From positions 387,492 to 451,491 of the forward strand of contig OW569380.1 of the NCBI GenBank assembly GCA_937625935.1: a DNA stretch of 64,000 nt. Reading direction: 5' to 3'. Below the pieces are notes generated by a model. That model did not search any database and was not told where the DNA came from. It worked only from the letters and a program-made list of their open reading frames with translations. The stretch is from Tetramitus jugosus. Lineage: Eukaryota > Protista > Heterolobosea. The translations under genes and the position numbers were made by a program. Below are positions 1 to 12,100 of the stretch, one piece after another; position 1 is the stretch's first letter, and each line of letters starts with the position of its first letter.

Positions 1-24
1 TACTACCATTAATTATCAACAGAG

Positions 25-3000
25 ATGAAGTTTGGAAAGACATTGCTCGAGTCAAGCACTCCAGGTATGATGACACAAATCAATCACTCTTTTATATCAC
101 CAATGATCAACTTACTCAGTGCCACCATCCTTTATCATCATCCTTTATCACACACACAAAACATCATTTGAAAAAACAACATGGTTACAACAGAATGGAG
201 GACACAATTCATTGATTATAAGCGATTGAAAAAGGCATTGAAACCCATTAAGCGCAGAAAGCAAATTTTGCTCCGGAGACGATTGAAAGCTCTCTCCAAA
301 CAACAAAAGCTAAAACAACAGCAAAAACAACAACAACAACAACAACAGAAACAACAATCATCAAATCATTCTCATCATCCTCATCACTCTCCAGAAGTCA
401 ACGTACTGGATCATCATGACACAATCTCTGCATTGAACAGCAACAAGTATGAACGAGAGATGAATCATTTGAGTCGATCCTCTAGTATTTCATCTTCATT
501 GGCCTATCATGAACAACCATCCACCATCACAACAAGCAATATTCATAATCATAATCACAACAATCATAACAACAATGATGACGATAATAACAATAATAAT
601 AATAATAATAATAATAGAATTACACCATCCATGCTGACAACAGTTGATTTAGGACCACCGTCACCAGTCATGATCGATACTACTAGTAATCGATTTTCTC
701 GATTTTTCAAGAATCCATTCAAAAAGAATAGTGATGAGGATGATGAATTGTCGTCCGATGATGATGATGATGTTGACCAAGTGGAAATGAATGAAAATTT
801 GAATAGCGAGAGTAGTGGTACAGCTACAGCGACCATGTCAAAATCAAGATCATTATTTGCATCGATTGCACCCTTTTCTTATCGAAATCGCACAACTCAA
901 AACAGTAGTCGTGATAATCATCATCATCATCATAGTAATGTGAATACTCCGAGAGCCAATTCACTAGAGGATGATGGTGGTGATGATCGAAAGAAACGAT
1001 CCAGTCTCCTATCTCCCTCGGCGCTATCCCTGGATGAGAAATTGGCCAGAAAATCTCGAAAATTATCCTTTTCCTTCTCGGATGACGATCCTAATTTGAG
1101 CAGAATTTTGAGTCAAGACATGAACAGTAGTAGTGATGGTAGTATTAGTAGTCAGAGTCATCGTTTCCATGGTAGTAGTGGCAGTAGCAGTGGTAGTCGT
1201 GTGCGTGACAATGAAGAAGAAGACGATGATAATAATACGTCGTCATCGGCTATTCCAACGATTCATATTGTTCCATCGGTCAACAGCACATGCAATTTGT
1301 TGAGTCAGGAGGAGAGAGATGAGATTGAACAACAGGATATGGACATTGAAATTGATTTTCCTGATACTGCATCGGATAGTACGACGACATTGGGTGGTAC
1401 ATTGAGTCAATCATCGTCCTTTAGTGATGATATGCACCGTATTACAGTTACGTTTGAGAATCGCATCGTGAGTCAAATATCAGATGTTCAAAAGGAGAAC
1501 ATGCTGTATAGAAACGAGTCTGCAGGATTCTTTGACTTGTTGGAAAAAGAATTGGACAAGATCAACAAGTTTTATTTGAAAACGGAGAAGGAGTGTGCTG
1601 TGAGACACACGAAACTGGTGAAACAAATTCAAATCTATCACTACAATTTTAAGAAGAAGAATATTTTGAGCAAGTTGGGAAGGCATTCAACTTCGAAACA
1701 AATGATTATGCTTGGATTCCAGGAGCATTACCGTGCGTTGGTTCTATTGCAAAACTATAGAGTGCTGAATTTTACTGGTTTTACCAAGATTATGAAGGTA
1801 TGGTCCTTATAGTTATTCGTCGAATTTAGAAGAGTGGAAACTAACAATATTTATAATTTATAGAAATACATCAAGTGTTCTGGCAATTCCCTGGAGCTCA
1901 AGCAAGAAATCTTGAGTGTGATAGAAGATGATCCATTCTATTCATCGCCCATGTTAAACACACTGATTGAACAAGCAGAGGATTTGGCAACCGAACATTT
2001 GCACAATGGCAACAGAAAGAATGCCATGAACAGCTTAAGAGTTCCCAATGAACATTTTCAGGAAGTCGTTAATCAAAACGTTTCCTTTAGATGTGGTCTG
2101 TGGCTAGGCATTTCATTGATTTTGACCGGGCTCTCCACATACACTTATCTGACCGAATATGCAACGTTGCCCGAGGAACCGTCGTACTCGCAATTCTCCT
2201 TTTTCGTGTTTCGGGTGTTGCTCTTTCCAATTTTGTTGATGAACTTTATTGCCATTAACTTGAGGATTTGGGACGCAGGACGCATTAATTATGTTTTTAT
2301 ATTCGAGTTAGATCCGAGAAAGCACATGAGTAAGCACAAGTTTTTGGAAATTTCCCTCATTTGCTATCTGCTTTGGATCAGTTTTGTACAGTTTTACATT
2401 TGGACCGTAGTGAACGATGATCGGTGGCATTTTAATGCGCGACCTTGGTTGTATCCACTTATATTGACTGGTTCGTTTGTTCTAGTACTTTTATTCCCGC
2501 ACCCAGCAGTGTTCAATGGTAATGCTAGAATGTGGTTATTGAAGAAGATATTCCATTGTCTCATCGCACCGTTTGCAACCGTGAGATTTGCTGATTTTTG
2601 GCTCGCAGATCAACTCACGTCAATGTCCGAGTTTTTATTCGAGGTACAATTTGTGTTTTGTATCTTGCCCTCTGACTTTGTTTCGCCACGTAAGTATTTC
2701 TCGTACCATTCTACATTTCCCTCCTGTCCAGTACTAACACCATGAATCATTCTAGTGAAAACATTCTGTGATCAATCCCAAAATCTTGGTGTGCCTGTGC
2801 TAAATGCATGGCCCCTGATATGCCGTACATTGCAATGCTTCAGAAGATACCGCGATGATCCAGGAAAAGATAAGGCTCACTTATGGAACGCAGGAAAATA
2901 TGGAAGCTCGATATTTGTCATGCTGTGGTCCTTTACTCAAAAATCTGTGATTCACGCATTGATACCACAGTTAGATTCAGCAGCAATGTGGTTTTTCCTT

Positions 3001-3702
3001 GTAGCAAACGTATTTAGCACTTGTTACAAGTATTATTGGGATATTGTGAAGGATTGGGGTCTTTTCGGCTTCTCCAAAGATGTAAAGTACAAGGGACTCC
3101 GAAAAGAAATAGTATTCAATCCTATTCTGTACTACTTGGCCATAATACTCAACTTGCTACTCCGCTTCATGTGGGTGCTGGTGTTTGGTCTTCGTTTGAT
3201 GGCAAACATCAAGTTGGACATGCAATACTTTTTGTTCTTTGTAGCATTTGCTGAAATCTTCCGTCGCTTCGTCTGGAACATTTTCAGATTAGAGAACGAG
3301 CACTTGAACAACTGTGGTAAGTTTAGAGCTGTATTGGATATTCCTCTACCATTCGAAGCACCACCAGAGGAGGAGCAAGAAGATGAAATGAAGGAGAAGA
3401 ACACTAAGAAGAAGTCCTTCTTTGTCAAATGGGGATTATTCAAAGATTCACCACTGGAGCAAGCAACATCTCCCAAGCAACGAACACCTGGTACTCCAAC
3501 GACCATTTCGTTTGAAGACGTGCAAGAAATGCCAAATGTTATTTCAGAAGAAGAGCGAAGTCGAAATCCAGAAACATTCATCGCCAGACCAAGAGCATTC
3601 TTGGGTGATGTTACTCGAATGTCTAAATCCATTTCAATGAATGCTTTGTCTCGCGTTCGGAAATCTCCTTCACTCCCCACACTCTCAAGCAATGAAACCT
3701 AA
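25..3702 (+). CDS. XPR1: SPX-EXS domain phosphate exporter (XPR1/SYG1/PHO1 family); exons 25-64, 194-1797, 1864-2689, 2756-3702
   Basis: Splicing restores the SPX start MKFGKTLLESSTPEWRTQFIDYKRLKK and the helix LNFTGFTKIMKKYIK. EXS motifs: RINYVFIFE, FADFWLADQLTS, QCFRRY, NAGKY, YYWDIVKDWG, EIFRRFVWNIFRLENEHLNNCGKFRA. Three GT-AG introns keep frame. Confidence 0.93.
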
Positions 3703-3751
3703 TAAAATAATACGTAAGCGCAGATATCATTTATTATACAAGTTTAACAGA

Positions 3752-5587
3752 CTATGCTGGTGTGCCTGGAGTTCTTTGCAGGAGTAATTCATCAGCTGAT
3801 GTGTACTTCGCGGTCTCATGAACAGGAGACACCGGAGAAGTTGGGCTTGGCACAGCGTTCAACAATGATTCATGCTCCTCTGCAAATTTACCTTCTCCGA
3901 TACTGAGTTTTCCACTCTTGATTCCATAAGCCCATGTGAGAAGTCCAGCATAGGAGATGGAGTTAATCAATGCCACACCCAACAAAACTCGGAACAACGC
4001 ATCGGCTCCATACACCAAGAAAGATGAGGTTACAATAATTGGAATGATAGCTTCTGCAGATGATGCCATTGTCATAATCAGAGTGGACATTTTGGCAGAT
4101 AGTCCATAACCAGGAATTGCAGCTTGAGGATACGAAAGTGCAAGAGGATACAAGCTTGCCAACGAACTACCAATCACGATGGATCCCAACCAAGCTGTAG
4201 ACGGATGGAATGGGCCGAGCAAAAAGTAGCCAATACCACTCAGCACACCACCCATGCTCAATGCCAAGATCAATCCCGGACGAATCTTCTTGCCCAATGG
4301 AGCCATGAGCAATCGAGTCAAAGTCAATGACAACCAGAACGCAGAGTTAATCATTGCAATCTCTCCATAATTTCTTGCGAGTCCCTTTGCTCTGATGTAG
4401 GTGGCCAACAAACCGCCAAATGTACTCTCGAGAGCAACTGCACCAAACAGGGCAGATCCCTGGAGGTAAGCCAACATCCATGAACCGAACCATTGCCCAA
4501 ATGACTTGTGTTTCTTCTTTTCAATTTCAAGTGTCTCACCAGCGAGTTCCTCTTCTTGTTCTTCCTCCAGATGCATATCTTCTTCTCTGTTGCTGCTGCT
4601 ACTGGCGCCATGAATGACAGGTGAGGTTGGAGTCAATGGTTGATTGCTATCACTGAGTGTCGTAGCTGCTTCTTCATCTTCTGGAGCAGAAGGACTCATT
4701 TCGTCCAATGATCTGTATTCTCCCTTGCGCTTGAACCAAGCAGACCAATATCCTTTTGATGATGATGCGTAGGTGACCAGTGTTGACAAACTCAGCAACA
4801 CACCGGATGACACCAACAAGGAAGTCATTGCATAACTCATGGAACGGAAGTTGAATCCATTGGACCAGAAGAGCAATGGAGCTACAAAGCTTCCCATTCC
4901 CGCAAAGGAATTCAAACCAAGAATCACCGAAGTGGATTGCCACAACCACAGAGATAACAGATTACATCCCATTGTAATAATTCCGCCAGTAATACCGTAG
5001 GCAAAGTAAAGTGCTGCCAACGCCGAAAAGTTGGTTACACCGGGAACGAGCGCGAGAATGAGAGCGGTTGTAAACACGGAACCAGCGAGCAAAAAATTGG
5101 AAGCTTGGATGGATTTGGTGTACGCGAAATGGAACAAGTATCCTCCTAAGACACTACCAATGATTGAACCGAGTCCTCGGTGAGTGAACAACCAACCCAT
5201 CTGAGGAATGGCAGTATCGGTCAACTTGCTCAATGGAGAAATGGAAAGTCCAATTGCTCCAATGGACAACCCAAAAGCCATGAGAACCAAGAAGTAACTG
5301 AATGTCAATACCTTGCTCTTCCAATTGAGCTTCAACTTGGAGATATCGGAGAACCCTGTAGTTGGTGAGTATGATGACTCTCTTTGCTTTCCCTTGTTCT
5401 TTCCCCATTTGTCCTTGTCAGTTTCAATGAGTGGCTGAACAATGTGAGTCTTATCATAGAGACCAAACTCTAGTTTTTGAGCAGTGTCGGGAGAGATGGT
5501 GGACACAGTGGCCTTTTCGGTTTGTGTGGGGTGGGTGTCCTGGGACGAACTGCCACCACCACTAGTTCTTCTCTTATTCTTCCCCAT
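3752..5587 (-). CDS. Major facilitator superfamily transporter (MFSD4/FucP-like)
   Basis: 611 aa with about 12 hydrophobic segments in two halves joined by an acidic loop; patterns FGLSIGAIG, RGLGSIIGS, FWLSLTLTRLL. Confidence 0.75.
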   Translation of the reverse strand: MGKNKRRTSGGGSSSQDTHPTQTEKATVSTISPDTAQKLEFGLYDKTHIVQPLIETDKDKWGKNKGKQRESSYSPTTGFSDISKLKLNWKSKVLTFSYFLVLMAFGLSIGAIGLSISPLSKLTDTAIPQMGWLFTHRGLGSIIGSVLGGYLFHFAYTKSIQASNFLLAGSVFTTALILALVPGVTNFSALAALYFAYGITGGIITMGCNLLSLWLWQSTSVILGLNSFAGMGSFVAPLLFWSNGFNFRSMSYAMTSLLVSSGVLLSLSTLVTYASSSKGYWSAWFKRKGEYRSLDEMSPSAPEDEEAATTLSDSNQPLTPTSPVIHGASSSSNREEDMHLEEEQEEELAGETLEIEKKKHKSFGQWFGSWMLAYLQGSALFGAVALESTFGGLLATYIRAKGLARNYGEIAMINSAFWLSLTLTRLLMAPLGKKIRPGLILALSMGGVLSGIGYFLLGPFHPSTAWLGSIVIGSSLASLYPLALSYPQAAIPGYGLSAKMSTLIMTMASSAEAIIPIIVTSSFLVYGADALFRVLLGVALINSISYAGLLTWAYGIKSGKLSIGEGKFAEEHESLLNAVPSPTSPVSPVHETAKYTSADELLLQRTPGTPA

Positions 5588-5995
5588 GTCGTAGTAGAGA
5601 CTAATGTGTTTGTTTTAGAATGGATAGATAGTGCAGGAAGAGTGGATCGGATTGTTATCGTTGTATGTATACACTAACGTGACTTATTTGATCTGATTCA
5701 GCACGTGTATTGTTTGTTTGAAGTGAGAGCCACGGGATCAGAGAGTGTATGGTGTTGTTGTTTGATCAAATTATTTCGATCTTGGATATACTGTCATACT
5801 TGTTTGAATATTATGTGAAGCCTTGGGAATTCCCGACAACGGATCAGTCTGAGATTACAAAAAAATATTCAAGGAATCTATTGGCGGATCGATCCGCGAA
5901 ATGGGTTACGATTGGATTATCCGTTGAAGCGTTTGGGGTGTCAACTGCCACTTTGGATGTCCTTGTCAACCGCTCCAAAATGTCTACAAAAAAAC

Positions 5996-8407
5996 TCATG
6001 CTTTATCAAGTGAAACATCATCTTCTTCTGGTTGAAGCATTATTGCATGATAGAGTGACAGTGGCCGCCTAAATGGAAGTTTGCTTGGCTCACAAGGAGC
6101 ACAGAGAAAACCAGATATCCAATTGCCCCAAAATCCTTGGCTAAAGCTCGCCTGTGGACCCTTCTTGCTCTTGATGTGTTCACTCGTTGTCTTTCCAGAG
6201 CTAATGAGATAAAGATGGAAGCAGAAGAGAGTACCAACAAATGCAAGAAGAGCGATCGATATGAGTATAATACCAGCAGAGAAAATGGTTGCTATAATCT
6301 GCCAAACAATACTACCAGTGATCTTGAATGGTTGTGTGGTGCCCAACTCGTAGCACGACCAAGCAATTTGAAACATGCAGATCAAAACTGCAAACACCAA
6401 ACTGATCGTAGCGGAGCCCACAAAATGCATAAATGGTCTATAATTTCGCTTTCCTATACATGTGCCTGTCCACGGACAATGATGATCAAATCTCTCCACA
6501 CAGTTATCACATTGACTGCAGTGTGAGCTTCTTGGTGGCCTATAGAGCTTACACGTGTAGCAATAGCGCAAAAACACTGGTTTTCCACCAACAAACACAC
6601 AAGTTGTCTCCTGAGGAAACTTTTCTTCCAATTCTTCCAAATCAGGTTCATCTCTCAAATTATTCTGAACAATGGATTTTCTAGGAACGATTCCTGGATC
6701 CATAGTAGCTGTAATGTACAATGTGCCTAGAACATAGACAACAGCTCCTATGGGGAACACGGTCATGATGATACCTGCTGCCAAATGGATCAAATAAAAG
6801 TATGATGTGATAAATGTTACAAAGAGCAAGAAGACACCAACAATCAAAAGTGCCGTGAAACTCAATCTTCCCTTGTCAGCACCTAGCATGACTCTGCCTC
6901 CAAAGAGCAATGTGGTCTTTGATGGCCACAATTGCAACAGCAAGTTCTTATCTTGGTGAGAGCACTGTGCGTGATCGTGATGGTGGTGATCATCATGATG
7001 ATCATGGTGATGATGGTCGTCATGATTTCCATCATACTCCATACATGGCTCACCCTTCCCCGTAGATGCATTTGGCGCCAGTGTATTTTGTCGGAGAAAA
7101 TTTTCACCACGGGCTGTGTTCAGGGCGGAAGAACCTGTAAACGTGTTATCAAAGCTCTCGTGATTTTCATCGCTCTTGGCGCACATACTCCGAACACTCA
7201 TGGAAGTAGAGTGTCTTGCGCTGGTATTGAGCCTCACCATGGGAGGTGATGATGGAGAAACGGAATCAATGCGTTGCCGATGATGATCACCACCGCTTCC
7301 TCCATGGTCTCCATTCTTCCTCTTCTTTTGTTGTTGCTTCCTGGCATGGCTCGTCGGCACTTTTCCCAACAAAACTTTTTTACCCGTCAAAAAGCTTTTT
7401 TTCTGTTTTTTCTTCAATGCGTCATCGGAAGAAGAAGATGACGCAATGGGCTGCAAGGGATCCTCCGTATCAGCCGTCAATGTTAAATCCAAGTGTGCTG
7501 ATGTTTCATCATTGGAGAATACTGGTGTCGTAGTTGTTGTTCTCTGATCACCACTATCCATTACACTGGTAGCTGTCGATGTTCTTGTTCTTGTTGTTGT
7601 CGTTTGATTGCTGTACGTGTTTAGAGTCATTGTGTGATTGTTCGTATGATGGTCTGTTGAGCATCCATCTGTCATGACACCTCCTTGACTACTGTTACGG
7701 TGATTACTACTACTACCACTACTACTAATACTACTCTTATTATTATTATTATTAGTATTAATATTACTACTATTATTGTTATTGTTATTATTGGTGATAG
7801 TAATGGATGATGAATCATCAGTCATGTCTGAATGTAACAATTTTTGTTGTTGATTATTGTGCTCATTGACATCATCATCATCACCACCTTCATTATGATT
7901 GTTGTCATTACTATTAATGTTGTTGTTGTTCATGTGTGGCACTAAGTGGTCATTCTCATTATCGTCATTATTGCAAGGTGAAAAAGTAGAGGGTGATGTG
8001 GACGATGATGATGGTGTTGTTGTTGATGATGATTGAAACGTGTGTGGAGATGTGATTGTTTCAGTCATTACCGTTGCAGTTGATGTTTCATTTGCTTCAC
8101 TTGTTATTGTCGTTGTTGTTGTTGTCATATTGGTTGTAGTCGTCGTATCATCAGTAGTACTCGTGGCACTCTTGTCAATGTTGTTGGTATTATTGTCTCT
8201 GTTGTCATCTTCATTGTTGTTGGGTGTCATTCTTGTTGTTGTTGTTGAGGATGGGTGATTCGTGTTCTCATGCGAATTTTGGGGTTTTTGATGTGTGTTG
8301 CTTTTTTTTTGTTGGAGCGCAGAGGGGAACCACTCAAGGTGTGACATTGTGGGCTGTTTTTTTTTGACGTTTCGTCGCGCACGCGGACAATTATTTCTGG
8401 GTGACAT
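5996..8407 (-). CDS. DHHC protein S-palmitoyltransferase (Erf2/ZDHHC9-14-18-like) with long low-complexity N-terminus; start may be 8347
   Basis: YCYTCKLYRPPRSSHCSQCDNCVERFDHHCPWTGTCIGKRNYR cysteine-rich domain, DPG and TTSE motifs, four TM segments. Confidence 0.92.
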   Translation of the reverse strand: MSPRNNCPRARRNVKKKQPTMSHLEWFPSALQQKKSNTHQKPQNSHENTNHPSSTTTTRMTPNNNEDDNRDNNTNNIDKSATSTTDDTTTTTNMTTTTTTITSEANETSTATVMTETITSPHTFQSSSTTTPSSSSTSPSTFSPCNNDDNENDHLVPHMNNNNINSNDNNHNEGGDDDDVNEHNNQQQKLLHSDMTDDSSSITITNNNNNNNSSNINTNNNNNKSSISSSGSSSNHRNSSQGGVMTDGCSTDHHTNNHTMTLNTYSNQTTTTRTRTSTATSVMDSGDQRTTTTTPVFSNDETSAHLDLTLTADTEDPLQPIASSSSSDDALKKKQKKSFLTGKKVLLGKVPTSHARKQQQKKRKNGDHGGSGGDHHRQRIDSVSPSSPPMVRLNTSARHSTSMSVRSMCAKSDENHESFDNTFTGSSALNTARGENFLRQNTLAPNASTGKGEPCMEYDGNHDDHHHHDHHDDHHHHDHAQCSHQDKNLLLQLWPSKTTLLFGGRVMLGADKGRLSFTALLIVGVFLLFVTFITSYFYLIHLAAGIIMTVFPIGAVVYVLGTLYITATMDPGIVPRKSIVQNNLRDEPDLEELEEKFPQETTCVFVGGKPVFLRYCYTCKLYRPPRSSHCSQCDNCVERFDHHCPWTGTCIGKRNYRPFMHFVGSATISLVFAVLICMFQIAWSCYELGTTQPFKITGSIVWQIIATIFSAGIILISIALLAFVGTLFCFHLYLISSGKTTSEHIKSKKGPQASFSQGFWGNWISGFLCAPCEPSKLPFRRPLSLYHAIMLQPEEDDVSLDKA

Positions 8408-8448
8408 CCAGTAGTGTGGGAAGATGGAGGGTCATTTTCATCTGGTGA

Positions 8449-8695
8449 TCTATCTTATCTGTCTTATCCGTGTTGTCGCGTCATTTTTTGGACTTGCTTC
8501 TCTTGCTGGGATATTTGTTTCTTCTCTCGAAGTGACCTTTGTCTTTATTCGAACTGCCGTCAGGATAGTATGAACAGTTGTAGCTCATACTGTAGATTGC
8601 CGAACATAACGACTCACCCCAAGAATAAATGTGCTTACTAGGTTGGTTGTTGGTTCAGTAGATATTATTCTCTCGTAATTTCCAGTCGCAACTAC
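8449..8695 (-). pseudogene. Decayed partial duplicate of the FANCI 3' end
   Basis: 8484-8512 matches 9207-9235 at 26/29 nt and encodes SQQEKQVQK versus FANCI SQQEEQVQK. Weaker collinear similarity at about 8653-8693 versus about 9477-9515. Confidence 0.5.
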
Positions 8696-8860
8696 CAGCA
8701 CGTGTATTCTTAACTATGGACTCTAAAACCCCTTCCTTGCTCACTCTAGAAGTCATCTTCCAACAATTCAACCTTTTTTACAATCTCAAGATCCTCCTCT
8801 TCTCCCAAGAATGTTTTTCAGCACCATTAAGTTGCTGTTGTAAATTAAATCACCACCAAA

Positions 8861-9100
8861 ATGCAAAAACACCCAACCTGCGATCCCACAAGCACGCATA
8901 TTGTCGCCTCCCCATCTAAAGGTTGTGGGCCAATTGTTGGGAGCATTTGCACCAACAGGAATATTATTATGCATCTGACGATAATGACAGGAGGGGATAC
9001 TGTAATCGAATCAGATGTATTCATTGAATGCCTAGAAGAGTTTACTGACGACGAAGATGATTGTAACTGTTCTGGAACTGAAGAAGAGGATTACCGTTGA
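8861..9100 (+). CDS. Hypothetical 79-aa Cys-containing acidic protein
   Basis: ATG in AAAATG context, acidic C-terminus, AATAAA about 33 nt after the stop; no recognisable domain. Confidence 0.3.
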   Translation: MQKHPTCDPTSTHIVASPSKGCGPIVGSICTNRNIIMHLTIMTGGDTVIESDVFIECLEEFTDDEDDCNCSGTEEEDYR

Positions 9101-9174
9101 GTCTATCGAGGTAGCACACCTCAATCGAAACTAATAAAACCGTCATGATGGAGTCGAATGGGGAATGGAATCTA

Positions 9175-12100
9175 CTATCTATGTTTCGTAATCTTTGATC
9201 GCTTTGTTTTTTGGACTTGTTCTTCTTGCTGGGATCCCTCTTCATTTTCAGACTCGCTTTCCTCAGCTTGTTTCCTCTTCCTCTTGACTGTTTTCTTCTT
9301 CTTTGTGGGTATGGTATCTTCTTCGCTTCCTCCTTCATCGTCGTCATTGTCTGAAATCTCACCCTTGTATTGGAACTGACGAGCTGGAGCTCTTTTGAAG
9401 TTTGCCAGAAGATTTTGACCACAACTCTTAGATAATTCTGACAGAACTTGGGTGTATTCTGTGATTCGATAGAATAGTTCAGGGATAGCCTTTCTGGCTC
9501 TTTCGAGTAGCAACTTATTATCAGAGGTCACACTGTCCAAATACTTCACTAAATGGTAAATGTTACTGACAGTGTGCGCAGCAGAGTCAGTCATCGTCAC
9601 AAATTGATCGGACACATGTACCCTGGATGTATTGCTCTTTCTTTTGGAGAGCACAAACTGAGAGCAGTCGTGCAACAAACGAACAATTTGAACGCATACT
9701 ACATTCACTTTCTCAAAGCAGGATAACTCTAACCGTGTTTGACAAGGATAATTAATGATGCCACAAAGTGAACAAATGACATGGCACAATTTTGACTCCA
9801 TTGTAGCTATCATCTCATGATAAAACTCACACTTCTCCTCATTGCTCTCATCTTGAGATAGAACAAGCTTTTTGTACTCCGCATGGAGCTCTTTCATCTT
9901 ACCTAACTTCCAATTTAAATAAGCAATAAATTCACTCATACATTCCACGAGCACGAGAGCTACACTGTTTGCTGTGTTTTCATCAACAATACCATGAATC
10001 AATCTATGAGCATTGGCTCTCGTGACAAACTCTCCCATTTCACCCATGATGTCGTTCGATATCTGTTTTACATTCTCAAACTTGTTTGTCTTGCCACACA
10101 CGCATATATACATCTGGACGACAGCCTTAACGAAATCAGTATGAGAACTTGTATTTTGTTGGCAAATGTGTTCACTCCAAGAAATCAATGATTGTGTTGA
10201 CTCAACAGAGCTAACTCTAACAATCTCGGTACACAAGTTGACGAGAGGAGTTGCTTCATCCATTGCATCAACTTTGATAAAATCATCCACTTTGCGACAG
10301 ATTTTATCTGTCACACTTTCGACAAGAGAGTCAAGCTGCTCTGCGTTCTGAGTATTGAATCGACTCTTCTTACCAGTCAAAGATGATTCAATGAAACTAA
10401 AGCATCTCTCTGTTCCGAACATGTTGAAAATCCGAACAACTTCAACAAAACACTCCATCGCATTGACTGTATGATTTTTCACCTTGCCCTTTTTCTTCTC
10501 ATCACTCTTTCTTGTGCTTGCTGATGAGAATTTGGTTACAAAAGACATCAAGTTACGTCCAAGCATGTCCAACTCTTTTGCTCTGGAAACGATACTAGCA
10601 AGTCTCTTTGCTCCCATTATGTTAATCTCCTCTAATTGTTTCTTGCACAAATTGAAAACATAGGTTTGCAGCAAGTTAACATATGTCTCATCGATCTCCT
10701 CTTCTGAATCATTATTTGCTTTCAAAATCATTCTCAATATGTTATTTGTCACTCTCAAACTCAAAAGAATGTTAAAGTCTTTTGTTTTCGCTGTTGTCTT
10801 TTGCTTTGATTTTGCTTTGGTTGATGTTTTCTTTCCATCTTTCTTACTTGCTCCTTTCTTCATGATTTCCCTTAGATTATTGATCCTATTGATACATGTT
10901 TGAAGTGCAGAAGTCTTTCCATCATTTTCAACAATGTCTCCAGCCACAATTATCTCAATCAACACTTCGTTTAACCCAATCAAAAGAGATGCGATCATTT
11001 GATTGTGCCTACCTGAGTCTGAATCGCTCAAGTAGTCAGAAGAGGGAGTAAGGTCATGCGCTTCCGCCTCTTGCTCATGCATGGATCCCAATGCTTCACT
11101 ATAGAAATCAAACAAAAGTTTTGTTCCAGCAGTTTCTTCTTGTCCATACAAGTGATACAATCGGAAAGAATATAGCAGCAATAATGGTAGTGGTTCCTTC
11201 AAATTGGCATTGTTGTCAATGCACTTGTCAAGATGAGCTCCTTCTTTCTCGTTAATATACTCTTTCAAATGACCAACGAAAATTTTTGCAATTTCATCTC
11301 TTAACTCTAATCGAGCAGTTGCAACCTTCACTAATCCTTCGTACAAACTGCTCCTAATAATAGGTTGTTGAGTGAGACAACGGCGAAGAACATTTAGTGT
11401 ATCTGAATCTAAGTAATTGATATCTCTTGCCGTACTGCTGCTACCTACGGAGAGTGCAGACCCAGATCCAGCCTCCAAAATATGCAAAAATCCTTTCAAT
11501 GCTATCAATCTAGAATCTTGTTCTCTGCTGTGAAGTGCTTTTCGTAGTACCAATACTACACTATCTTGAAAATCAGGATTCGCCTTCACTAGTGGCCCAA
11601 CTGCCTCAAAAAATGAAGAAGCAACAACGGGATCAAAGTACGAAAAGTAATCAATGGTTTCTTTGAAACGTCCTGTATGTTCTGCCAGTTGTCCTGGTCG
11701 ATTTCGAACCAGCAAATAAATTAACTCGGTATACTTATTTACATTTCCAACACCCGTCACAATATGATTGAAGGCGGTATCTATGATTTGACCTCGCGCT
11801 GCATGGGCAATCTCGAATAATTTGGTCAGAATACCCATTCCCAATTGATGGCAATCCTCTGCAGAGTAATTCAGAGAGAATGTTAGTTTATGTTTGGTAA
11901 CTCTCTTACTATCCAACAAGAAAAATCCAAAATCACATATACTCTTCAAAATATGTTCTCGTCCCTTATCACTCCTCTGTATCGTTTCAATAATTAACAA
12001 GGATATATCCTTGTGTAAACTTTCATATTCATCCGTATCCTTATCATAAAAATATCTATAAATCAGTGAGTCCTTGTATGCTTGATCTATTCTTGACTTT

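Noticed and set aside
8478-8515. Sm-site-like ATTTTTTGG suggesting an snRNA
   Set aside because: Explained as part of the decayed FANCI 3' duplicate; no U1/U2/U4/U5 signatures.
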